Assembly (NCBI GenBank): GCA_002747955.1
Contig: PDQZ01000004.1
Span: 1 to 37,006, forward strand
Direction: 5' to 3'
Source of the DNA: Candidatus Campbellbacteria bacterium
GTDB taxonomy: Bacteria; Patescibacteriota; Minisyncoccia; Phycocordibacterales; GCA-2747955
DNA length: 37,006 bases
Part shown: positions 28,581 to 35,945 of the stretch, in pieces
Position numbering within the stretch: the first letter of the stretch is position 1
Layout of the letters: each line of letters starts with the position of its first letter
Made by a program: the position numbers and the translations under genes
Notes under the pieces: model-generated
The model's input: the letters and a program-made list of their open reading frames with translations, nothing else
Database searches by the model: none
Told to the model about the DNA's origin: nothing

Positions 28581-28615
28581 AAAGTCCGAAAATGGCTTCG
28601 CCATTTTCGGACTTT
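28581..28615. repeat. TTC/GAA-triloop palindrome following a GTAA-loop terminator (~28546-28569)
   Basis: aaagtccgaaaatggc-TTC-gccattttcggacttt. Confidence 0.85.
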
Positions 28616-28671
28616 TCATTTTTAAAGTTTTCTAAAAACATTAGAAATTAAATACTCAACTCTTAGATTTT

Positions 28672-28873
28672 AAAAAACGTTAGAAATTAGCTCCACAGCG
28701 AGGCGAAGAGTGAAAAATGTTTGAGCAATTTTTCAAGTATTTTAAAAAAACAACAGAAATTGAATGAAAATCGAGACGACAAGAAAAAAATATTCGAGCC
28801 GTATGTTGTTATTACGGTGAGAATATTTTTTGTGCAGTCAACAAAGATTTTCGTCAATTTCTGCTGTTTTTTT
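28672..28873 (+). repeat. Structured hairpin element family, left-half copy F1 (28672-~28735) and full copy F2 (28744-28873)
   Basis: F2: aaaaaatattc-GAG-ccgta..tacgg-TGA-gaatatttttt; F1 begins aaaaaacgttagaaattag like A and D. Confidence 0.88.
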
Positions 28874-30062
28874 ATTTTATTTTGAGGTTTCCGTTAACCG
28901 ATTTTGTTTTTTGCATTTTACTAAAATTTTTCTTTTGAGTATTATAAAACCCTGCAACTGCAATCATCAATCCGTTGTCTCCTGTGTATTTCACATCAGG
29001 AATAAACACATCCACATTTTGTTTTCTTGTAAGTTTTTTAAAATCACCTCGAAGTTTTTTGTTGGCACTCACACCACCACCAATTAACAAAGTTTTGACT
29101 TTGTATTTTTCAATTGCTTTTTTACTTTTTGAAATCAAAACTTCTGAAACCGCGTTTTCAAATTCATAAGAAATCTTTTCTTTAAAAGATTTTGTAATTT
29201 TTTTCTGCTCTTTAACTTTATACAAAACAGCTGTTTTTAAACCAGAAAAAGAAAAGTTAAAATCAGGACTTTTCAACATTGGTCGAGGAAGTTTGATTTC
29301 ATTTTCAATTTTTCTTTTTGAATTTTTAACTTTTGTTCTAAATTTTTCAGAAAGCTTTGAAATTTCAGGGCCTCCTGGATAGTGAAAACCTAAAAGTCGA
29401 GCTGATTTGTCGTAAACTTCTCCTACAGCATCGTCTAAAGTTTGCCCTAAAATTTTGTAGTGGTGTTGTCTTTTAGACAAAACGAGTTCTGTGTGCCCAC
29501 CTGAAATCAAAACCGAAAGCACAGGGTATTGAACTTTTGAAACTTTGTATTTATTTTTTTCCAAGTGTTGAATGAGTGACGCATAAATATGTCCTTCCAT
29601 GTGATTTGTAGGTACAAACTTTTTATCCCACAAAATACAAAGTGCTTTGGCGATATTAAAACCAATCCAAAGTGCAATTTCAAGTCCAGGTCCATAAGTT
29701 ACAGCCACCGCATCAAGTTTTGGAACTTTGTAGTTTTGATAAAGAGAAATAATATTTTCTAAATTTGTTGTATCGTATTTAAAAAGTTTTTGTAGCTCCT
29801 TTTTTTGTTCCGATGTTATTTTTTTAATTCTTTTTCTTTTTTGAAGCATTTTGGCAGTTTTTAAACTTCCAACTAAAAGAGGAAAAATGTTGTTTGTGTG
29901 TTCTCTTTTTGCAAGTGTTGGAAAAACTCCACCATAGTTTTTGTGAATTTCAACTTGGGACAAAACAGTGTCAGATAAAACTGTAAAATTTCCATTTTTC
30001 CCAAAATTTACAATAGACATTGCTGTTTCATCGCAAGAGCTTTCAATAGATAATATTTTCAT
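28872..30062 (-). CDS. tsaD: tRNA N6-adenosine threonylcarbamoyltransferase
   Basis: IESSCDET, GPGL, NHMEGH, SGGHT, DDAVGE.YDK, YPGGP, FSFSGLKT, GGVSAN, DNGLMIA. Confidence 0.97.
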   Translation of the reverse strand: MKILSIESSCDETAMSIVNFGKNGNFTVLSDTVLSQVEIHKNYGGVFPTLAKREHTNNIFPLLVGSLKTAKMLQKRKRIKKITSEQKKELQKLFKYDTTNLENIISLYQNYKVPKLDAVAVTYGPGLEIALWIGFNIAKALCILWDKKFVPTNHMEGHIYASLIQHLEKNKYKVSKVQYPVLSVLISGGHTELVLSKRQHHYKILGQTLDDAVGEVYDKSARLLGFHYPGGPEISKLSEKFRTKVKNSKRKIENEIKLPRPMLKSPDFNFSFSGLKTAVLYKVKEQKKITKSFKEKISYEFENAVSEVLISKSKKAIEKYKVKTLLIGGGVSANKKLRGDFKKLTRKQNVDVFIPDVKYTGDNGLMIAVAGFYNTQKKNFSKMQKTKSVNGNLKIK

Positions 30063-30107
30063 TTCTATATTTTAACATATATTATATTAAAAATAGAAAT
30101 TTATTTT

Positions 30108-30471
30108 TTCTTTCTTGATAAAAAAAGAAACAAACCAAAGCACGCTGATGAAAACAAACCAGAATTAGCGTGCTTGGAAATGCTTTAAATCAAGACCCTG
30201 AAATTTTTTACCTAAAATTTTAAATAAAAAATCTAAAATTTTAAAGTCAAATTCTAAAAATTAACAAATAACTTCGTTGATTTCATAAAAAAGTTTTTCA
30301 ACGTACTTGAAGTACGTCTCAAAACTTTTTTATTCATCGCCTTGTTATTTGTTAATTTTTAAAATTTTTTTCTCGCTTCGCTCAAACAGACAAAATTTCT
30401 TAACGATTTTTACTTTAAATTTCTTACTTGTCGAGCACTCAATGTGCTTGAACGGTAAAAAATTAACGGTC
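30108..30471 (+). repeat. Composite of nested palindromic elements, including hairpin-family copy G (30255-30361, minus strand)
   Basis: Long-range pairs aattttttacc(30202)/ggtaaaaaatt(30454) and tcttgat(30113)/atcaaga(30189) bracket internal hairpins. Confidence 0.7.
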
Positions 30472-30617
30472 TTTCCCACGCAAGAACACAACCACATGAA
30501 ATACAATTTTTTCGTAAGGAAAAATTAGGTTTTGCTTATCGTTTGAGAAGGTTTTTTGGTTATTGCAACTTTTTTTAATAATGATAAAATTAAAGCATTA
30601 TAAATTAAAATAAAATT

Positions 30618-31163
30618 ATGAGCGTAGAAATTTTTCAAAAAATAATGGCATCAGCAATGATTTTTATTCAAGTTATGACTTTGCTGTTTGTCATTATGTA
30701 TTTTTTCAAAAAAGAGTTTATTTTAAACTTTTTTAAAAAACATGGAGCAAAAATTGGTTTTTTTATGGTTTTGCTTTCAATCGTGGGGTGTTCTATTTTT
30801 ACAGAAGTGTACGGGATCGCGTCTTGTAAACTTTGTTGGTTCCAAAGACTTTTAATGTGGCCATCAATCTTTTTGTTTGCAGGAGCTTGGTTTTGGAAAG
30901 ACGTAAAAGCAAACTTTTATGTTCTGGCAATGTCGTTGGTTGGAATTTGTATTTCAATTTATCAATGGTTTGTTCAAAACACAAAAATCTTCCCAGAACC
31001 AAAATGTTCAATCGACTCTGTTTCTTGTACAGAAATACCTTTCATGGAGTTTGGATACATAACTCCAGTTGTAATTTTGGGAACAATGTTTTTGGTATTG
31101 ATTTTAACTTCTTACTTTACTCTAAAAGGGCACAAGCTGGAAGAAAAAAACATTTCAGAATAA
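30618..31163 (+). CDS. dsbB: Disulfide bond formation protein B
   Basis: TM protein with CKLCWFQR and a second Cys pair C.IDSVSC..IPF..FGYIT. Confidence 0.88.
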   Translation: MSVEIFQKIMASAMIFIQVMTLLFVIMYFFKKEFILNFFKKHGAKIGFFMVLLSIVGCSIFTEVYGIASCKLCWFQRLLMWPSIFLFAGAWFWKDVKANFYVLAMSLVGICISIYQWFVQNTKIFPEPKCSIDSVSCTEIPFMEFGYITPVVILGTMFLVLILTSYFTLKGHKLEEKNISE

Positions 31164-31268
31164 ATGTTTCAAAAGTAAATAAAACGACTTTGGTAAATGC
31201 AAATGCACAAACCAAGGTTTTTTTATTTGCTTTTTTAAAAATATTTGTTAAAATATTTGTTACAAAAT

Positions 31269-31340
31269 GCGGGATTAGTTAAACGGCTATAATATCTGCC
31301 TTCCAAGCAGAGGTTACCGGTTCGATTCCGGTATCCCGCA
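31269..31340 (+). tRNA. tRNA-Gly(TCC), CCA not encoded
   Basis: Acceptor GCGGGAT/ATCCCGC, anticodon arm TCTGC-CTTCCAA-GCAGA, T arm ACCGG-TTCGATT-CCGGT. Confidence 0.95.
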
Positions 31341-31382
31341 CCCGAAGAAGAACGCTTTTAATTAAGTGTTTTTCTTTTGGCA

Positions 31383-31590
31383 GATAATATCTGTCTGTTT
31401 TCCTTTGCAAGCAGAAGTGTTAAACAGTTTCGATTCCAGGTATTCTGCACCCGAAAAGATGAGCCGAAAGGCTCGTTTTTTATTTCGGTAGATATAATAT
31501 CTGTCAGTGTCCTTTTGCAAGCAGAAGTGTTAAAAGGTTCAATTTCAAATATTTTGCACTCGAAGATAACAACCAAACGGTTGTTGTCCT
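31383..31590 (+). repeat. Two degenerate tandem copies of the 3' two-thirds of tRNA-Gly, each followed by a terminator-like hairpin
   Basis: taatatctg at 31290/31385/31495; caagcaga, ttc.att and gcac.cgaa recur; hairpins gagcc-gaaa-ggctc (31461) and gataacaacc/ggttgttgtc (31565). Confidence 0.85.
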
Positions 31591-31627
31591 TTTAAATATA
31601 ATTTTAATTTAATGTTATAATATTAAT

Positions 31628-32053
31628 ATGAATAATATAGATAATAAAAATTTTAATCAATGGAACAAAATTAAAAAGAAAACCCATAGTTTTAACAATA
31701 GTGAAGTCTTTATAAATAACAGAGAAATATGGTTTGTAAAACTTGGTTATAATATTGGTTTTGAACAAGATGGTAAAAATGAAAATTATCAAAGACCAGT
31801 TTTGGTATTAAAAAGACTGGGGAATATGTTTTTGGTTTTACCACTTACAAGTTCTGGAAAGAACAATCAATTTTATCATAAGTTCAATCCAAATAATTTA
31901 AAATTGGAAAATCCAAAATATAGAAATTCTTCTTACGCAATTTTGTCTCAAATAAAAACTATTGACAAAAAACGGTTTTTCAAAAATGTGGGAGTTGTTT
32001 CATCAAATGAATTTAAAATGGTAAAAGAAAAACTTAAAACATTTTTGTTTTAA
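31628..32053 (+). CDS. PemK/MazF family toxin with no adjacent protein antitoxin
   Basis: EIWFVKLG.NIGFEQDG....RPVLV....LPLTS...AILSQIKTIDKKR. Confidence 0.9.
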   Translation: MNNIDNKNFNQWNKIKKKTHSFNNSEVFINNREIWFVKLGYNIGFEQDGKNENYQRPVLVLKRLGNMFLVLPLTSSGKNNQFYHKFNPNNLKLENPKYRNSSYAILSQIKTIDKKRFFKNVGVVSSNEFKMVKEKLKTFLF

Positions 32054-32119
32054 GTTTTTCTTTTTTTATTTGTCTACCCCATAAGGAGTAGATGGATCCC
32101 GAAGGACATTTGTGAGTAT

Positions 32120-32148
32120 ATTATATACTAAAAATTTAAAAAAGTAAA
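32120..32148 (-). promoter_or_regulatory. Sigma70-type promoter facing into the 3' end of the mazF gene
   Basis: Minus strand TTTACT(32148-32143)-N17-TATAAT(32125-32120); no minus-strand ORF follows. Confidence 0.55.
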
Positions 32149-32209
32149 GTTTTTAATAAATAAAAAAGCGCGGGGTTTAATTTCCGCGCATTGTTTCCGT
32201 GTTTGTTTT

Positions 32210-32470
32210 TTATTTTTTTGCCAGTTTTGTGTTTTGAACTGGCATTAAAGTGCAATTTTTTGCACTGCCGTTGATAAAAATCCACTCAGAAATTTCTGAG
32301 TTATAATCAATGACCTTTTTAGGGTCAATGACTTTTTGATTTTCACCAATGTGGCAAGTTAGAATTAACTCGCCATTTTGGACTTTTTCAAGCCTTTCTT
32401 GGTTTGGTATTTCTACCAAATAAAAAAGTGAAGAGAGACCAGTCAAAATTGCAAACGATAAAGTTTTCAT
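32210..32470 (-). CDS. Hypothetical small exported protein
   Basis: 86 aa, hydrophobic N-terminus, GGAG RBS, TTGACA/TATAAT promoter upstream, GC hairpin near 32168-32189 downstream. Confidence 0.7.
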   Translation of the reverse strand: MKTLSFAILTGLSSLFYLVEIPNQERLEKVQNGELILTCHIGENQKVIDPKKVIDYNSEISEWIFINGSAKNCTLMPVQNTKLAKK

Positions 32471-32541
32471 TGTATTTTCTCCATATAAAAATTAAAGAAT
32501 GATTTGTTTATTATATACCTAAAAAAGAGATTTGTCAAGGG

Positions 32542-32605
32542 ATTGAAAAAGCCCATTTTCGCGCTTTTGGAAATTAAAAATTGAGCGAAAATGGGCTTTT
32601 TCAAT
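32542..32605. repeat. Inverted repeat, 21-bp perfect arms, 22-nt spacer
   Basis: attgaaaaagcccattttcgc / gcgaaaatgggctttttcaat. Confidence 0.9.
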
Positions 32606-32650
32606 TTCCAAACATTTTATATTTTTCTCATTTTGGTTTATAATATAATT

Positions 32651-34135
32651 ATGAATAAATTAGAAAAGATTTTTTCCAATCAAGAAGACTTAATTGTTTT
32701 TTTAAGTGTAGCTTTTGTTTTGATTGTTTTAGGTTTTTTCCTAAAAGAACTTTTAATTAAATTTAAAATTTTAAAAGATAAAAAAGAAGGGCAGAAAATT
32801 GTTTCACAAGCAATTTCAAAAGCAAACAAAACTCGAGATGATTTAAAAAAAGAAATTGAAGCTTTAAAAAAACAAAAAGAAAGACTTGAAGAAAAAGAAG
32901 ACTTGTTAATTTCAAAAGAAAAAAATATTCAAAAAGATTTAGAAAATATTGAAAACAACAAAGAATTTTACCAAAGAAAAAAAGAAGAAGTTCAAAACCA
33001 ACTGGCTCAAATTTCAGGTATCACAAAAGCTGATGCTTTAAAAAAAGTTTTTCAGAATTTAGAAAAAGAGCATAACCAAGATTTATATATTCAGTTAAAA
33101 AAACTTCAAACTGTCAAAAAAGAAATTTTAGACAAGAAAGCTCAAGAAATTGTCATAAACGCTATTGAAAAATATTCTAAAAATATTGATAACAACCTAG
33201 TTCAGTCTTCTGTGAAACTTGAAAATCCAGAATGCAAAGGAAAAATTATCGGTAAAGAAGGAAGAAATATTAAAGCTTTTGAAAGACAAACAGGAGTTCA
33301 ACTTTTAATCGATCAGCTTCCTGATGAAATAATCATTTCATCTTTTGACCCAATCAGAAGAGAAGTAGCAAAAAAGGCTTTGACAAATTTGCTAAAAGGA
33401 GATGTTATTCAACCTGCAAAAATTGAAGAAGAAATCAACAAAGCAAAAATTGACGTTTTAGAAACTATCAAAAAAAAGGGAAGAGAAACTGCTGAAGAAC
33501 TTGAAATTTTTGACTTACCAGAAGAGATTTTAGATCTTTTGGGACGACTTTATTACAGAACAAGTTACGGGCAAAATGTTTTAAAGCATTCAATCGAGAT
33601 GGCTGTTATGGCCGAAATGATCGCAAAAGAAGTTGGGGCAAATTCATACGTTGCAAAAGTCGGAGCCCTTTTACACGACATTGGAAAAGCAGTTGATTTT
33701 GAAACAAAGGGAACTCATGTACAAATTGGAATGGATCTTTTGAAAAAGTATGAAGTAAATGAGGAAATTATAAAAGCAATGCAATCTCATCATGGAGAAT
33801 ATCCAAACGCAAACTTGGAAGCATATATTGTAAATGCAGTTGATTCTATTTCAGCTGCTCGCCCAGGAGCAAGATCAGATAATGCTGATATGTATTTACA
33901 AAAACTTGAAGGACTTGAAAGGATCACAAAACAGTTTAGTGGTGTAACAGACGCTTACGCGCTTTCAGCTGGAAGAGAAATTCGAGTATTTGTAAAACCC
34001 GACGAGATAGACGACTTTAAAGCATCAAAAATGGCAAGAGAAATTGCTTTGAAAATTGAAGAAGAACTTAAATATCCAGGAGAAATCAAAATTGCTTTAA
34101 TTCGAGAAAAAAGAGTGGTGGAATTTGCAAGATAA
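32651..34135 (+). CDS. rny: Ribonuclease Y
   Basis: N-terminal TM, coiled coil, KH (KGKIIGKEGRNIK), HD (SYGQNVL.HS..LLHDIGK), ISAARPGAR; ATG 32651 preferred. Confidence 0.96.
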   Translation: MNKLEKIFSNQEDLIVFLSVAFVLIVLGFFLKELLIKFKILKDKKEGQKIVSQAISKANKTRDDLKKEIEALKKQKERLEEKEDLLISKEKNIQKDLENIENNKEFYQRKKEEVQNQLAQISGITKADALKKVFQNLEKEHNQDLYIQLKKLQTVKKEILDKKAQEIVINAIEKYSKNIDNNLVQSSVKLENPECKGKIIGKEGRNIKAFERQTGVQLLIDQLPDEIIISSFDPIRREVAKKALTNLLKGDVIQPAKIEEEINKAKIDVLETIKKKGRETAEELEIFDLPEEILDLLGRLYYRTSYGQNVLKHSIEMAVMAEMIAKEVGANSYVAKVGALLHDIGKAVDFETKGTHVQIGMDLLKKYEVNEEIIKAMQSHHGEYPNANLEAYIVNAVDSISAARPGARSDNADMYLQKLEGLERITKQFSGVTDAYALSAGREIRVFVKPDEIDDFKASKMAREIALKIEEELKYPGEIKIALIREKRVVEFAR

Positions 34136-34238
34136 AACAAGCGCGAGGCTTGTTTTGTTTTTAAAAAGCAAAATTTGTAATTTTGTTTAAATTGTAATAT
34201 AATTAAAGGGTTACTAAAAACTAACAGTAAAAAATAAT

Positions 34239-34652
34239 ATGGAAGACAATAAAACAAATAAAACAAAATCATTAGTTTCAGTAATTATATTGATACTGAT
34301 TTTGGTAGGAGCAATTTTTGCTTACAATTATTATACAAAAAATAAATCAAAAATGGCAGAACCAGCAGGCCCTGCTGTTCAACCAGTAGTAGAACCTATT
34401 GTTGAACCAATACAACCAATGCCAGTTGATGATGTTGAACCAGCTGTTGAGCCGGTAGAACCAACGACTGATCCAATGATGCCAAAAAATCAAGAAGGTG
34501 AAACAGCAGAACCAACACCAACACCAACACCAACACCAACACCAACAGGTGAACAAAAAGGTGGGGAAGTTGTGGTGGAAGATAATCTAGAAGTTGTTCC
34601 AGAACCAACAACTCCTGAAGAGGAAGCAAAGATGAAAGAAAAAAAATCATAA
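34239..34652 (+). CDS. Membrane-anchored Pro/Glu-rich protein with a (PT)n tract
   Basis: N-terminus about 70% identical to the 15396 gene; ccaaca repeats ~34512-34547. Confidence 0.8.
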   Translation: MEDNKTNKTKSLVSVIILILILVGAIFAYNYYTKNKSKMAEPAGPAVQPVVEPIVEPIQPMPVDDVEPAVEPVEPTTDPMMPKNQEGETAEPTPTPTPTPTPTGEQKGGEVVVEDNLEVVPEPTTPEEEAKMKEKKS

Positions 34653-34677
34653 AAATAAAAACTGCAAATCGCAGTTT

Positions 34678-35085
34678 TTATTTTTGATTACAGAAAGAAT
34701 TGTCAACAATTTTGTAGGAAACTCCAACCATATGTGCTTTTATTTCTTTTCCACCTTGGTCTTTTACCGTTTTGTAAGGAATTTGACATTCAGATTCTTT
34801 TGTAAAAAAGTAAGTGTATGAGGGTTCTGGTGTTACGGGACCTTTTCTACAACAAACTTTATTTTCTTTTTGTGTAATATCGTTTGTTTTTTCTTCTTGA
34901 TTTTTGTTTTCTTCTTGATTTTTTGTTTGATTATCAGATTGGTTTTGATTTTCAGTTTCTGTTTGAGTAGGTTTTTGGCTTGGTTCTATAATAACTTTTT
35001 GGTTGTTTGGTTTTTGGTTATTTAAGAAATACATTCCTACTAACAAAGCAATAATAATTGCTAAAATAATTAAAATTTTTTTCAT
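34678..35085 (-). CDS. Hypothetical membrane-anchored protein with N/Q-rich linker and four-Cys C-terminal domain
   Basis: 135-aa ORF with N-terminal TM segment. Confidence 0.75.
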   Translation of the reverse strand: MKKILIILAIIIALLVGMYFLNNQKPNNQKVIIEPSQKPTQTETENQNQSDNQTKNQEENKNQEEKTNDITQKENKVCCRKGPVTPEPSYTYFFTKESECQIPYKTVKDQGGKEIKAHMVGVSYKIVDNSFCNQK

Positions 35086-35188
35086 ATATAAACATTGTAT
35101 CAGACGAGAAATATTTTACAATCTTTTTATACAAATTTTAGGCAACCAAAACTTGTTTTTTTTGAAATTTATATTATAATATTATACT

Positions 35189-35740
35189 ATGAGTAGTAGA
35201 ATGAGAGTAACAAGAGGGCATTCAAATAATAGAAGATCTCACCACACAATTAAAGCCCCAAGACTATCTATGTGTAAAAACTGCGGTGAATATCACCAAA
35301 GACATAGAGTATGTTTAGAGTGTGGTTATTATAAAGGAGAAAAAGTTTTAGATATTAAAGTTAAAGAAAACTTAGTTCAAACAGCAGAAGATGTTAAAGA
35401 TGTAAAGAAAGTTTCTAAAAAAGCTGAAACAAAAAAGACTGCTAAAACAGAAACAAAAGAAGTTAAAAAAGTTTCTAAAAAAGAAACAAAGGCTTCAAAA
35501 GATGATTTAACAAAGATCGAAGGAGTTGGTCCAAAAATTGCTTCTGTGTTTGAAGAAAATAAAATTTCAACTTTTGCAAAACTTGCAAAAGCAGATGTTA
35601 AAAAACTTAAAGAAATTTTGGAAGAAAACAAACTTTCACAACACGATCCAAAAACTTGGCCAAAACAAGCAAAACTTGCTGATGAAGGAAAATGGGATGA
35701 GTTAGAAAAACTTCAAGCAAAACTTGATGGAGGAAAATAA
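35189..35740 (+). CDS. rpmF: 50S ribosomal protein L32 fused to a Lys-rich linker and a helix-hairpin-helix domain
   Basis: RRSH.....CKNCG....HRVC.ECGYYKG; C-terminal DDLTKIEGVGPKIA...W.KQA. Confidence 0.9.
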   Translation: MSSRMRVTRGHSNNRRSHHTIKAPRLSMCKNCGEYHQRHRVCLECGYYKGEKVLDIKVKENLVQTAEDVKDVKKVSKKAETKKTAKTETKEVKKVSKKETKASKDDLTKIEGVGPKIASVFEENKISTFAKLAKADVKKLKEILEENKLSQHDPKTWPKQAKLADEGKWDELEKLQAKLDGGK

Positions 35741-35945
35741 AATACAATTTAATAGATTGTGTTTTTTTATTTTAAGTTTTGTAACAAGTAATGGCTGTGA
35801 TAGATTAAAATTCAAAAACTTGCAAAATTTAAAAACAGGAGTAGAATGAAATTATAAGGGATATTGTCAAGAAAAAAGTTGGTTAATATAAAAAGGAAAA
35901 GGGAAATATTCCTTTAAGAATTATCAAGGTAATTAATTAAAGAAA

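Noticed and set aside
31358..31595. 72-aa ORFs on both strands, as a possible MazE antitoxin
   Set aside because: They overlap the tRNA-derived repeats and hairpins, have TTG starts and show no antitoxin features.
31340..32520. Prophage or genomic island at tRNA-Gly
   Set aside because: No integrase and no distal att duplication; only two accessory ORFs.
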